Origin: Bacillota bacterium
Lineage (GTDB): Bacteria; Bacillota; Clostridia; Acetivibrionales; DTU013
Reading direction: 5' to 3'
DNA length: 64,000 nucleotides
NCBI GenBank assembly: GCA_023439545.1
Contig: JAEXNT010000001.1
Location: 8,827-72,826, forward strand
In this document: piece after piece, positions 49,450 through 60,042 of the stretch
Layout of the letters: each line of letters starts with the position of its first letter
Position numbering within the stretch: position 1 is the stretch's first letter
Program-made: the position numbers and the translations under genes
Notes under the pieces: model-generated
The model's database searches: none
Told to the model about the DNA's origin: nothing
Seen by the model: the letters and a program-made list of their open reading frames with translations, nothing else

Positions 49450-51930
49450 ATGAAATCAATTGCCGAAAAATATCCAATTATAGTGGAGAAGATTTTAACC
49501 AATCCTCATGAAGGACTGATCATTAGTAACGGTGACTTTGCGGCAAACGTTACTTTTTCATCTCACGAAATTATTCTGAATCTGGGCAAAAATGATATCT
49601 GGGATTCCAGAATAGACAACGATGCCAAAAATCAAACTTTGTCACAGGATGATCTGATTCGGTATGAAAAGGATTATGGCTTTGAATGGCCGGAAAACTG
49701 TGATAATGTATTAACGCGGTTTGCAAACTGGGAGGGAAAGCCGGAAGGTGTCGATGTGGTTTTCGGCTCCCTTGCAGAAGAAAAGGAACGCTGCGGCAAG
49801 CTGGTTTTATGGTTCGGCGGTTTCGGCCTCAGAAGAGCCGGACGTATTCGCATACGTCATTGCGGGTTCAGCAATACGAAAATTCATGCAAAGCTGAATA
49901 TAATGAACGGTTTATTGGAGTCCACCGTTGATCTGGGAAGAAGCAAGGTCAATTTCAGCGCCTTTGTCCATAAAGAGCTGAATACACTTGCCATGAAATT
50001 ATCTGTTGAAGGGGACACTACTGCAATTCAGATATTTGTGGAAAAGGAACCGGACTATGCGGATCCGACCATGCCCTTGCCGGCAGTATCCTTGCTGACC
50101 GATCATAGCGGTACGATAACACAACTGATGCCGGGTAAATATGATACCCCTGATTTCAATTGGTGTATTGCGTCCTCTTTCCCGGAATCAACTGATAAAG
50201 GCTCCGACAATAAAATTCCTGTTCTTGACATGGCCTATGCTCTTGCACAGTCTCTCCGGCTGAATAACGGAAATGAAATCACATTGTTTACCGGTATTTC
50301 CACAGACCGTGAGAACTATCCGGACACCCGGGAACGTGCTGTTCGCATGATGGGTGAGAATACGATAGAGCGCTTTAATCGGTTGTTCGCTGACAGTGAG
50401 CGGCTCTGGGAGAAATATTGGGAATCCTCCGGCATTGAAATTGAAGATAAGGAACTTGAGTCGGTTTGGTACAGAAACCTGTATGGCTTTGCCTGTCACT
50501 TAAAGCCTGGAGCTCAGGCGCCCTCTCTGTGCGCAAATGTTCCCATCGACGACAATGCCGACTTCCATTCCCGCTACACCTGGAACCATAACGTACAGAA
50601 ATGGTTTGCGGCAGCGCTGCCAGTCAACCATCTGGAATGGTATGAGGTATTCGCGGATCTGATCCGTCAGCACATGCCGACGTTTGAATATTTATCCGAA
50701 ATGATATTCGGACTTAAAGGAGGCGTATACTGCGATCTCAGCAGTATTCCCTATGCTCCTCCGCATCGTGCGATTGTGAATAATAAATGGGGACGGGCTT
50801 TAAGCCATACCGGTTGGCTTTCTTTGATGCTGTGGCAGCACTGGGAATATACCCATGATGCAAAATGGCTGGAAGAGAATGCTTATGACTTTATTAAAAA
50901 AGCTGCGATATTCTACAGTGAATATTTGAAAAAGTACCAGAAAGAAGACGGCGATATTTATCCATCCATGCGCCTGGAAGAACCGGGATGGTGCAAAGGT
51001 TTTGTAGGAAATAAGAATCATGTAACCGATATCGTTATGTTTAAAAAAGCTTTTGAATGTGCTATCGCCGCATCACAAACGCTTGGTGTGGATGAACAAG
51101 CGCGTGAGGACTGGATACAGGCGCTCAAAAAAGTGCCGGATATCGATTATGGGTGGACGGATGACCATCAGGGCTGGTATGCTTTCTGTAAAGACTGGGA
51201 TAAATTCGATTCGGTTATTCAGGGAAAACGGCTCTCAGAATTTGCAGATATGGATTGGCGTCTGGAATATGCCCGTACTAACCGTTGGGGATGCGGCGGA
51301 TGGTTGGTATATCCGGGTGAATATCTGAACGGAGATGAAGAGGGCGGACTTGCTGAAGTAGTACGGGATATGCTGAACAGAACCAGTATATTACGTCCAA
51401 AGGGTACTTCAACTCCCGCGCCGCTGCATTCGATTTCAGCTATGATGCCTTTCATACGCTTGGGAATCAAAGATAAATTTGATGAGATCCGAACCGCTCT
51501 GTTGAATCATCGTTTTGACAATGGTTTGTACTCTGCAGTTTCTTTTGCCGAGGGACAGCTGCCTGTTTGGGTAAGCAACAACTGGAGGATGGTTGAAAAT
51601 CAGTTCCAGGGCATTATGTGCATAACAGAAATGATGCTGCAATCACAAGGCAATAAAATCTGGTTATTCCCGTATTGGCCGGAAAGCAGCACGGCAAAAT
51701 TCGAACGGCTGAGAGCCCGCGGAGGATTCTTTGTATCCGCCGAAAAGGATAAAGCCGGCCTTACAGCAGTAAAGGTCGAGAGCGCAGCAGGCGGAAGGTG
51801 CTGTATAAAATGGCCGGAGAAGAAGGTTCCGGTCATTGAAGAGAATGGCGCCCGCGTTCCCTTTGATCTGAAGGAGCAGGAGCTTGAGTTTGACACGGAA
51901 GCCGGAAAAACATATAATATCAAATTCTGA
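49450..51930 (+). CDS. Putative intracellular glycoside hydrolase, six-hairpin/GH95-like fold (family not assigned)
   Basis: No signal peptide. N-terminal SNGDFAANV...LNLGKNDIWD resembles the GH95-type N-domain. A central W/Y-rich helical region resembles an (alpha/alpha)6 barrel. Assignment is by resemblance only. Confidence 0.6.
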   Translation: MKSIAEKYPIIVEKILTNPHEGLIISNGDFAANVTFSSHEIILNLGKNDIWDSRIDNDAKNQTLSQDDLIRYEKDYGFEWPENCDNVLTRFANWEGKPEGVDVVFGSLAEEKERCGKLVLWFGGFGLRRAGRIRIRHCGFSNTKIHAKLNIMNGLLESTVDLGRSKVNFSAFVHKELNTLAMKLSVEGDTTAIQIFVEKEPDYADPTMPLPAVSLLTDHSGTITQLMPGKYDTPDFNWCIASSFPESTDKGSDNKIPVLDMAYALAQSLRLNNGNEITLFTGISTDRENYPDTRERAVRMMGENTIERFNRLFADSERLWEKYWESSGIEIEDKELESVWYRNLYGFACHLKPGAQAPSLCANVPIDDNADFHSRYTWNHNVQKWFAAALPVNHLEWYEVFADLIRQHMPTFEYLSEMIFGLKGGVYCDLSSIPYAPPHRAIVNNKWGRALSHTGWLSLMLWQHWEYTHDAKWLEENAYDFIKKAAIFYSEYLKKYQKEDGDIYPSMRLEEPGWCKGFVGNKNHVTDIVMFKKAFECAIAASQTLGVDEQAREDWIQALKKVPDIDYGWTDDHQGWYAFCKDWDKFDSVIQGKRLSEFADMDWRLEYARTNRWGCGGWLVYPGEYLNGDEEGGLAEVVRDMLNRTSILRPKGTSTPAPLHSISAMMPFIRLGIKDKFDEIRTALLNHRFDNGLYSAVSFAEGQLPVWVSNNWRMVENQFQGIMCITEMMLQSQGNKIWLFPYWPESSTAKFERLRARGGFFVSAEKDKAGLTAVKVESAAGGRCCIKWPEKKVPVIEENGARVPFDLKEQELEFDTEAGKTYNIKF

Positions 51931-51950
51931 TTAAGAAAGGACTGCTAAGG

Positions 51951-52709
51951 ATGAAAATCATAGATGCAGATGTACATCTGGCGCCTATAAGGGAACAAGG
52001 GATAGATGCCAGTATCGAAGCCACCATTATGAAAATGGACCGGGCAAAAGTGGATCAGGCGCTGGTATGGTTGATCCCGCCTTATTTGAGGTACATTGAC
52101 GATTCTAATGCCTATATCTACAAAGCGACAAAAAAATTCCCCGACCGCTTTCTTGGATTTGGCTGGGCTGATCCGAATCTGGGAGTTGATAAAGCGATCG
52201 ACTCAGTGAAAAAGTGTGTATATGAATACGGTTTTCATGGGGTAAAGCTAAATGGTGCTCAAAACAACTTTTATATTGATAACCCTGACTATTCTCCGGT
52301 GATAGAAGAGATCGCCAAAACTAAAAAGGCACTAACTCTTCATGTAGGAGCAGATGCATTTGAATTTACTCATCCGTTCCGTGTGAAAAAGATTGCCAAA
52401 GAATATCCTGAAATGAAAATACTGGTCGCTCACATGGGTGGCGTTGGTCATGCGGATGTAACTGATGCAATGATTGAGGTCGCACAGGATTGTCCGAATA
52501 TTATGCTTATTGGCAGTGCAGTGAGGACGAATGCTTTGTGGAAGGCGATTGAACAATTGGGTGCAAATAGAATTTGCTTTGGAAGCGATACTCCTTTTGA
52601 CATCATGCATGCTTGTGTCGGTAAATATAAAGCGCTTCTGGAAGACTTGCCGATGGAAGATCAGGTAAAAATCATGGGCGGAAATATTTTGAAGACTTTA
52701 AGTCTTTGA
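51951..52709 (+). CDS. Amidohydrolase-2 family TIM-barrel metal hydrolase
   Basis: IDADVHL N-terminal motif and HMGG, FGSDTPF motifs. Confidence 0.8.
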   Translation: MKIIDADVHLAPIREQGIDASIEATIMKMDRAKVDQALVWLIPPYLRYIDDSNAYIYKATKKFPDRFLGFGWADPNLGVDKAIDSVKKCVYEYGFHGVKLNGAQNNFYIDNPDYSPVIEEIAKTKKALTLHVGADAFEFTHPFRVKKIAKEYPEMKILVAHMGGVGHADVTDAMIEVAQDCPNIMLIGSAVRTNALWKAIEQLGANRICFGSDTPFDIMHACVGKYKALLEDLPMEDQVKIMGGNILKTLSL

Positions 52710-52800
52710 AGTAAACATAATTAATAAGTGGAGGTGAACTAAAAAGGTCGTACTCAGTGTTTACCGGTCTAAGATAATAAAAAGAAAAGGAGAAAGAACT

Positions 52801-54369
52801 ATGACAGGAAAACTCAGTTTAAAACGTGGATTTACTCGTATTATGGCACTGGCAATCGCAATGTTGATGCTACTGGTTACCGGATGCGGTAATAATGCTG
52901 CAACAACCACCGGTTCCGATTCTTCTCAAGTGAGCTCCGCCGCTTCTGAAAGCACACCGGCAGAAGCAGAACAGAAAGAGCCGGACGAGATTGTTATGGC
53001 TTTGTGCGCAGACAATTCCCCGCATACGGCAGACGCCCCGCTTATTGAGGACGCGATCAATAAACTTACTCTTGACAAGATTAATACAAAAGTATCGCTG
53101 CAGCTCTATCCATACTCGAGTTATGACCAGCAAATCACATTGATGCTGGCAGGTAATGAACCGCTGGATTTAATTTATGTCAACGGTAACAATTACTCTT
53201 CTTATGTAGGTCGTAACCAGCTTATACAGTTGGATGATCTGATCGATAAATACGGAACCGGTATCCGCGAAGCACTTGGAGATTATTTGGACGCCACTGC
53301 CATCAACGGAAATCTTTATATCGTTCCTACTATCCGTGACCTGGCGAAATGTTATGCTGTTAACATGCGTAAAGACCTTGTTGACAAGTACAAAATCGAC
53401 ACGGGCGCAATAAAAACCATAAACGACCTGACTCCTATTCTGAAAACAGTCAAGGAAGGTGAAGGAAAAGACTTCTATCCTCTCGTAACTGCTGCTTCAG
53501 GAAAATCTATCTTAAGCTTCAATGTAAATTATGATCCTCTGGGAGATCCCATCGGTGTGTTGCTGAATAATGGATTGGATAATACGAAGGTGGTTCTTTA
53601 CGAAGAAACCGAAGAGTATCGTAATAGCGTCAAATTGGTTCATGAATGGTATAAGGCCGGATACACCATGAGAGATATTACAACTACACAGGAAGGATAC
53701 GCATCTTTATTGAAGGCCGGAAAGGGATTTGCCTATCTGAATGGCGCCAAGGCCGGATATGCGGAGCAGGCTACCAGAAATGTCGGTTCCCCGATCATTA
53801 CAGTGCCGCTGACAGACTACATCGCAACAACCGCCAGCGTAACACAGGTTAACTGGGGTGTATCTGTAACAAGTAAAGCTCCTGAAGCTGCCGTTAAATA
53901 TCTCAATATGATGTTTTCCGACAAAGATCTTGTAACCTTGCTTTGCTGGGGTATTGAAGACAAGCATTATGTAATAGACGATAAGGGTTTTGCTTTCTAT
54001 CCGGAAGGCGTCGACGGCAACTCCAGCGGATGGACCCTGAACATGGGCTATGCTATGGGCAACCAGTTCATTGCTCCTTTGTGGAAAGGCGAGCAGCCTG
54101 ATCTGTGGGAAACGATGAAGAAAGATAACGAAACTGCCGGCCGTTCCAAGGCGCTTGGATTTACTTTCGACAGTGGAAAAGTAAAAACGGAATTGGCTGC
54201 TGTCAACTCTGTGCGTTCTCAGTATAAACTCCTCATCGAATGCGGTTTGAGTGACCCGGAAAGTGGAATAATCGAAGAGTATATCGATAAAATGAAGGAA
54301 GCCGGCGTCGATAAAATTCTTGCAGAAAAGCAGGCTCAGTTGGATGCTTGGCTGGCTAAAAAGAATTAA
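52801..54369 (+). CDS. ABC transporter extracellular solute-binding lipoprotein (LplA-like)
   Basis: Lipobox LLVTGC. Large (522-aa) family-1 SBP. Followed by two permease genes. Confidence 0.9.
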   Translation: MTGKLSLKRGFTRIMALAIAMLMLLVTGCGNNAATTTGSDSSQVSSAASESTPAEAEQKEPDEIVMALCADNSPHTADAPLIEDAINKLTLDKINTKVSLQLYPYSSYDQQITLMLAGNEPLDLIYVNGNNYSSYVGRNQLIQLDDLIDKYGTGIREALGDYLDATAINGNLYIVPTIRDLAKCYAVNMRKDLVDKYKIDTGAIKTINDLTPILKTVKEGEGKDFYPLVTAASGKSILSFNVNYDPLGDPIGVLLNNGLDNTKVVLYEETEEYRNSVKLVHEWYKAGYTMRDITTTQEGYASLLKAGKGFAYLNGAKAGYAEQATRNVGSPIITVPLTDYIATTASVTQVNWGVSVTSKAPEAAVKYLNMMFSDKDLVTLLCWGIEDKHYVIDDKGFAFYPEGVDGNSSGWTLNMGYAMGNQFIAPLWKGEQPDLWETMKKDNETAGRSKALGFTFDSGKVKTELAAVNSVRSQYKLLIECGLSDPESGIIEEYIDKMKEAGVDKILAEKQAQLDAWLAKKN

Positions 54370-54404
54370 TACTCGATACTGATCTTAACCAATCTATATT
54401 TGAA

Positions 54405-54453
54405 AACAGTTGATCTGCTGTTTGAGTCATCGCAAATCTGCAGATCAACTGTT
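54405..54453 (+). repeat. Intercistronic 14-bp perfect hairpin between SBP and permease genes
   Basis: aacagttgatctgc (54405-54418) pairs with gcagatcaactgtt (54440-54453) around a 21-nt loop. Confidence 0.85.
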
Positions 54454-54474
54454 ATTTCCAAAGGAGTGTTCACT

Positions 54475-55413
54475 ATGCCGGTAAATTCTTCTAAAATCCG
54501 AAAGTCCCCAAAAACATTGATGCAAAAGCTGCCGATATATCTAATGATGGTTCCCGGATTAATATATTTATTCTTTAATAATTACATTCCGATTGCCGGC
54601 TTGGCCATCGCCTTTAAGGATATTGACTTTCGAAAAGGCATATTTCAAAGCGATTGGGTTGGTTTAAAGAATTTTGAGTACCTGTTCAAAACCAAAGATG
54701 CACTGGTTATTACAAGAAACACTTTATTATACAATGCTGCATTCATCTTGCTTGGAATTGTGTTCGGAGTTTTAATTGCCCTTTTGCTGAATGAAATCGC
54801 CAATAAGCGTCTTTTGAAGTTATATCAGACGACAATTCTTTTGCCTCAACTGGTTTCATGGATTATTGTGAGCTATTTTGTATATGCCTTGTTAAGTATC
54901 GATAAGGGCATGGTGAATAATGTTATCTTACCGATCCTGGGAATTAAGGAAATTTCATGGTACACCGAATCTAAATATTGGCCATATATTATCACCATTA
55001 TGCAAATATGGAAAACGATAGGCTTCAACAGTATTATTTATTTAGCGACTATAATCGGTATCAGCAGTGATTACTATGAAGCGGCTACATTGGATGGCGC
55101 TTCACGCACTAAGCAAATAATACATATTACGTTGCCGTTATTGACCCCCACCATTATTACCCTTTTCCTGTTACATGTGGGAAAAATCTTTTATGCGGAT
55201 TTCGGCTTGTTTTTCCAGGTTCCAATGAATTCCGGAGCGCTGTTTAGCACAACAAATGTAATTGATACCTACGTATACAGAGCATTGATTCAGCTGGGCG
55301 ATATCGGCATGTCTGCGGCTGCGGGATTCTATCAATCGATCGTTGGTTTTGCTCTGATTATAATTTCGAATCTGATTGTTCGAAAATTCAATAAAGAGAA
55401 TGCTTTGTTTTAA
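54475..55413 (+). CDS. Sugar ABC transporter permease (LplB-like)
   Basis: Six TM segments and an EAA-like loop (YEAATLDGASRTKQ). AAAGGAG SD ahead of the ATG at 54475. Confidence 0.9.
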   Translation: MPVNSSKIRKSPKTLMQKLPIYLMMVPGLIYLFFNNYIPIAGLAIAFKDIDFRKGIFQSDWVGLKNFEYLFKTKDALVITRNTLLYNAAFILLGIVFGVLIALLLNEIANKRLLKLYQTTILLPQLVSWIIVSYFVYALLSIDKGMVNNVILPILGIKEISWYTESKYWPYIITIMQIWKTIGFNSIIYLATIIGISSDYYEAATLDGASRTKQIIHITLPLLTPTIITLFLLHVGKIFYADFGLFFQVPMNSGALFSTTNVIDTYVYRALIQLGDIGMSAAAGFYQSIVGFALIIISNLIVRKFNKENALF

Positions 55414-55485
55414 GGTAGTTCTTTAATTTGATCGCATATTGTTAACATAAGGTACTTGCCTACGGAAAGAAAGGAAATCTCAGCC

Positions 55486-56382
55486 ATGATATCAAATTCA
55501 AAAAGTAAAAAAAGAAATAGTTTAATTGCAGGTATAATTCTTTCCATTGCATCTATTAGCTGCATTTTACCCTTCCTTTTACTGATAATTGGTTCTTTTA
55601 CCGATAACAATACTATTATTAATGAGGGATACAGTTTTTTCCCGAAAAAGTGGAGTGTAGCTGCCTATGAATATTTGGGAAAAGATTTAAGCACAATGAT
55701 AAATGCATATATAGTAACTATTTTTACTACAGCATTCGGAACCGCGTTAGGACTGATCATTTCCTCAATGCTCGCCTATGGTTTGTCGCACAACCGTTTG
55801 AAAGGCAGCCGATTGTTAAATTTTTTGGTTCTTTTTACGCTTTTGTTTAATGGTGGTCTGGTTCCTACCTATCTGATGTATACGCAGCTTTTTCATATAA
55901 AAAATACGATTTGGGCACAAATCTTTCCGACACTGTTGGTGAACGGTTTCTATGTAATGCTGATGCGGTCCTATTTTAGAACGAACATACCACAGGAGCT
56001 TTATGAGGCGGCTCGAATTGACGGAGCAAGCGAGGGGCGTGTCTTCTTCAAGATTTGTTTGCCTCTTTCCCTTCCCATTTTAGCTACTATCGGCTTAATG
56101 CAGGGGTTGTCTTACTGGAATTCATGGACAAACGGACTGTACTATTTGACGGAAACCCAATACTATAATATACAAAACATCCTTAATCGTCTGTTGATGG
56201 ATATCCGTTATCTGCAGTCCGGTTTCTTCGGAGATATTGCAAGTGAATTGCTTGCAAACATGCCGTCGGATTCTGTTATTATGGCTATCGCAGTAATAGG
56301 TGTGGTGCCAATCCTGTTTATATATCCCTTTTTCCAGAAATACTACGTCAAGGGTATTACTTTGGGAGGTGTGAAAGGTTAA
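55486..56382 (+). CDS. Sugar ABC transporter permease (LplC-like)
   Basis: TM-rich with an EAA-like loop (YEAARIDGASEGRVF). Confidence 0.9.
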   Translation: MISNSKSKKRNSLIAGIILSIASISCILPFLLLIIGSFTDNNTIINEGYSFFPKKWSVAAYEYLGKDLSTMINAYIVTIFTTAFGTALGLIISSMLAYGLSHNRLKGSRLLNFLVLFTLLFNGGLVPTYLMYTQLFHIKNTIWAQIFPTLLVNGFYVMLMRSYFRTNIPQELYEAARIDGASEGRVFFKICLPLSLPILATIGLMQGLSYWNSWTNGLYYLTETQYYNIQNILNRLLMDIRYLQSGFFGDIASELLANMPSDSVIMAIAVIGVVPILFIYPFFQKYYVKGITLGGVKG

Positions 56383-56387
56383 CGAAA

Positions 56388-57332
56388 ATGAAAAAACAAA
56401 ATTTCGAAATTAAGAATGAAAATATCCGCAATAAATTTATTGAACTAAAAAAGAACAATCCTGAAAAGCTTAAGAACAGACTTAAGCTGTCATGGAGCAA
56501 CTGGGGTTTTGGAATGGAAGCTCTGGCAAAGTCCGCAGCACGCTTGCATCGGGCAGGGATAAAGTACATCGAGCTCCATGGCAACCACTATGGGCCGGAC
56601 CTGGGATATAAACCCGATGAAACATTGAAAGTGCTTGCTGACTACGGTATTAAGGTGAGCGGAATCTGCGGAATGTTTTCTACCTATAATGATCTCTCCA
56701 GTAATTGTCCTGCGCAAAGACAGGCCGCAGTGGACTACATAAAAATGGAGCTTGAATTTGCTGCAAAGGTAGGCGCTGCCTATATGCTGGTTGTACCGGG
56801 AGCGGTTGGAAGACCAAAGGCCTATGATAGCACTGAGTTCGAACGAAGTGTGGAGACTCTTGGCCTGGTAGCCGACCTCTTTGTAAAGTATAATGTAAAG
56901 GCTGCAATCGAGCCGATAAGAGCTGCAGAAGTCAGCTTCATCCATACTTTTGCCGATGCAAGGAAATATATAGCTGCAGTTGATCATCCAGGAGTACGGC
57001 ATATAAACGGTGACGTTTACCACATGCAGGATGGTGAATCACATATCGGCGAAGCGATACTTGACGCCGGAGAGCTGCTTGTGAACCTTCATATGGCCGA
57101 TAGTAACAGGTGCGCTCTGGGAGAGGGTTCTCTTGATCTTGATACTATTATTATGGCGTTATACCTTATAGACTACAATAACGGGGACAGGTTTTTCACT
57201 CCGGAACCCCTTGGACCGGGGGGAGACCCTTATCCCGCAATGAACGGAAAGCCTGACAAGACTCTGCTTGAAAACCTCGTAACTCAGACGGTAAGCTACT
57301 TCAGAGAAAGGGAAGAGGAACTCTTGGGCTGA
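56388..57332 (+). CDS. Sugar phosphate isomerase/epimerase (xylose-isomerase-like TIM barrel)
   Basis: AP_endonuc_2-like pattern (IELHG, IEPI, HMAD). Confidence 0.8.
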   Translation: MKKQNFEIKNENIRNKFIELKKNNPEKLKNRLKLSWSNWGFGMEALAKSAARLHRAGIKYIELHGNHYGPDLGYKPDETLKVLADYGIKVSGICGMFSTYNDLSSNCPAQRQAAVDYIKMELEFAAKVGAAYMLVVPGAVGRPKAYDSTEFERSVETLGLVADLFVKYNVKAAIEPIRAAEVSFIHTFADARKYIAAVDHPGVRHINGDVYHMQDGESHIGEAILDAGELLVNLHMADSNRCALGEGSLDLDTIIMALYLIDYNNGDRFFTPEPLGPGGDPYPAMNGKPDKTLLENLVTQTVSYFREREEELLG

Positions 57333-57375
57333 CATAACACCGATCCAGGCCAAATAGGATATGGATAAAGCTCAG

Positions 57376-57410
57376 AAACCGGACGAGAGGAAACTTTCAG
57401 TCCGGTTTTT
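57376..57410. terminator. Bidirectional intrinsic terminator
   Basis: aaaccggac / gtccggttt stem with flanking A- and T-runs, between convergent genes. Confidence 0.85.
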
Positions 57411-58251
57411 ACAAGGAATTATCCAGTCCCAGAAATTGATTGATATCTTCGGCCAACTTCTCCGTATATTCATAAGGGAGCAGGTGCCTGCATTTTTCGT
57501 ACCTTATCAGTTTTGAATCAGGTATCAGGCTGTGCAAGTGATGGGAGTTGGCATTAGGTACGGTTCTGTCGTCTGCCCCGTAGATAATTAACGCAGGTAT
57601 TTTTAGATTTGCCAGCCCGCTGCAAAAGCGGCTTTGAATTTCTCCTTTCAATCCTGAAAGGCCTATGTTGGAATTGAGAACAGAGAACAATACTCTATAG
57701 CTTTCCGTGGTATTGCAAAATCTATCTGCCTCATCAAGCCATTCCGGAGTCAGGAGTTTACAGTCATATACTGAATTGCGATTAAATGTTTTCAAAATAG
57801 AACGGGGAATTTTTATATTTATTCTCTTTAATATACCTAACGACCCAAAGCGTATCCCAAGAGGAATTATTACACTGGCACTGTTTACAAGTATCAGACT
57901 TTTCACTTTTTCCGGGTGTTTTATCGAAAGATCCAGGCATATGGCGCCTCCTAATGAATGGCCCACAAATACTGCGCTCTCGATATTGAGCTCTTTCATA
58001 AAGCGTATAATGACGTCAGTAAACATATCGATCGAGTAGTTGATGGCCGGTTTATCGCTGAGTCCATGCCCTATGAGGTCAGGAACAACCACTTTGAAAT
58101 GCTTTGAAATAATTGATGGAACATCCGCCCAGCCTTCTATATATCCTCCGATACCATGTATGAACATGACAGTAGTGCTGCCTTCTCCGAGAGCCCTGTA
58201 TCTAATCCGGTAATTGTTGATCTGAATGTATTTATCTGTTGTTTTGTACAT
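57409..58251 (-). CDS. Alpha/beta-fold hydrolase
   Basis: HGIGG oxyanion motif and GHSLGG nucleophile elbow. GAAGGAG SD ahead of the ATG at 58251. Confidence 0.85.
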   Translation of the reverse strand: MYKTTDKYIQINNYRIRYRALGEGSTTVMFIHGIGGYIEGWADVPSIISKHFKVVVPDLIGHGLSDKPAINYSIDMFTDVIIRFMKELNIESAVFVGHSLGGAICLDLSIKHPEKVKSLILVNSASVIIPLGIRFGSLGILKRINIKIPRSILKTFNRNSVYDCKLLTPEWLDEADRFCNTTESYRVLFSVLNSNIGLSGLKGEIQSRFCSGLANLKIPALIIYGADDRTVPNANSHHLHSLIPDSKLIRYEKCRHLLPYEYTEKLAEDINQFLGLDNSL

Positions 58252-58403
58252 ATTGGCCTGCTCCTTCTGGAAACTAAGCTTATTATAGCATAGAATTCTC
58301 TTTTCAATTCTATTCTCCATATTCGAATTGGCTTTTGTAATGTCTGATTGTATGATAAAATCTATATGCTATTTTGTTGGAATAACTTTCCGGGAGCAAG
58401 CCG

Positions 58404-59285
58404 ATGCCGACTTTAATTGATTATATTTGCTTTGGAACCGGGGTCATCGCTCTGTTTATGGGCTTTAGCAGCCTGGTTTTTCTGACCTTGGGCGCTTTAA
58501 AGTACAGGAACATATACCTTAAGCGTCTCTGGCTCACATACCTGGCAACGACAGTAATGCTGATGTCCTATGTGGCACAATTTTTCGTAAATACCTTAAC
58601 TCCGTATATTATCAACATCAATCCTGTGATAACGCCGCTGTGCATGTCCTTTATCATATTCAACCTGTCGCTGCTTGTCACGGGACTGCTTTACGAGGAG
58701 TCTCCCGGGTGGATAAGGTTTTTTATCCGGCTGTTTTCAGCTTTCCCCGTATTCATAGTACCGTTGCTTTATCTTCTGCCGCGTGATTATCAGGATATGC
58801 TTTCCTCTATAGCGTCAATGGAATTTTATATAATGCTTGGGCTTAACTGCGTTGCTTTCCTTGTTGGCTTCAAAAGGCTCGACAATTCATATAGAAAGCT
58901 TACGAAAACGTTCACCTTCATCCTGATTTTCTTTGTTCTGATATTTGTCATCCAGGTGCTGTTCGATCTGCACGTCAACCCCTTCCCGCTCTTTTATGCA
59001 TTGTGGAGTATACTGCTTATCATGTATTTCTGGAGGAATATCTTTGTTGTTTCGATAAACAAGCTTTCCTCTTCGTCTTTTATCGAACAGTACCGTATCA
59101 CCGAGAGGGAAAAGGACATAATGGACCTGATAGTCCTCGGGAAGACAAACAAGGCTATAGGCGAGCAGCTATACATATCTGAAAAAACAGTGAAAAATCA
59201 TATTTACAATCTTTATAAAAAGCTCGGCATCAATTCACGTTTCGAACTTATGGGCTTGTACAACAAAAACAGCTCATCCGTGTAA
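58404..59285 (+). CDS. Membrane-embedded (about 7 TM) LuxR/GerE-family transcriptional regulator
   Basis: Seven hydrophobic segments, then TEREKDIMDLIVLGKTNKAIGEQLYISEKTVKNHIYNLYKKLG. No receiver or autoinducer-binding domain. Confidence 0.8.
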   Translation: MPTLIDYICFGTGVIALFMGFSSLVFLTLGALKYRNIYLKRLWLTYLATTVMLMSYVAQFFVNTLTPYIININPVITPLCMSFIIFNLSLLVTGLLYEESPGWIRFFIRLFSAFPVFIVPLLYLLPRDYQDMLSSIASMEFYIMLGLNCVAFLVGFKRLDNSYRKLTKTFTFILIFFVLIFVIQVLFDLHVNPFPLFYALWSILLIMYFWRNIFVVSINKLSSSSFIEQYRITEREKDIMDLIVLGKTNKAIGEQLYISEKTVKNHIYNLYKKLGINSRFELMGLYNKNSSSV

Positions 59286-59415
59286 GCCCGGTTTTACAAG
59301 CTTCCTGCGATCCTGGGACCAATTTCCCAACACCTTTTTATTTAAATTGAGAAGGGATTCTCATTTACTTTGAGTCGTGCCCGCCTTATGTTGGAAACAA
59401 CAAAGGGGGGGTTCA

Positions 59416-60042
59416 ATGAACAGTCTTATATTGGGATTATCCAGCGGCGTTGCCTGCCTTTCGTATTGCATGCCGGTAATCCTGCCGTATTATCTTTCCA
59501 GAGGCTACAGGGTAGGTAAAAATTTCTCCGACCTGCTTCTATTTATGTCGGGCCGCCTGATCGGCTATCTGTTATTCGGAGTGGCTGCCTTTTTTACCGG
59601 TCGATATCTTCTGGAGAATAATCCATACAGAGGGTATCTGCAGGGAAGCATCTACATCGTTTTCTCCATTCTCCTGATACTGGAGTTCTTTAAGGAAAGA
59701 AGCTGCATGGGAAAAAAGCTGGAAGCAATATGTGGAAAGCTTAAGGTTCGCGGGCTTTTATTCCCGCTGCTGCTTGGATTTTTGACGGGCATCAATCTAT
59801 GCCCGACTTTCGCGCTGGTTTTTGCGGAAGCCTCCAGTCTGAATAACCTGTTGGAATGCCTGTGGTTCTTTTTCCTGTTCTTCACCGGTACTACCGTCTA
59901 CTTCATTCCTATTCCCTTACTTGGCTTACTGAGGAACAGGGAAGGGGTAAAGACAGTCGGCAGGTTTCTGCTTGCGCTTATCTTCATCTGGTTCGTTTAC
60001 AAGGGCATTATGCTTATTCTGGCTTCCGGAGGTATCATATGA
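59416..60042 (+). CDS. Polytopic membrane protein, DsbD_2/TauE-like with paired Cys motifs
   Basis: GGGGGG SD. GVACLSYCMP and NLCPTF motifs lie within TM segments. Confidence 0.65.
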   Translation: MNSLILGLSSGVACLSYCMPVILPYYLSRGYRVGKNFSDLLLFMSGRLIGYLLFGVAAFFTGRYLLENNPYRGYLQGSIYIVFSILLILEFFKERSCMGKKLEAICGKLKVRGLLFPLLLGFLTGINLCPTFALVFAEASSLNNLLECLWFFFLFFTGTTVYFIPIPLLGLLRNREGVKTVGRFLLALIFIWFVYKGIMLILASGGII

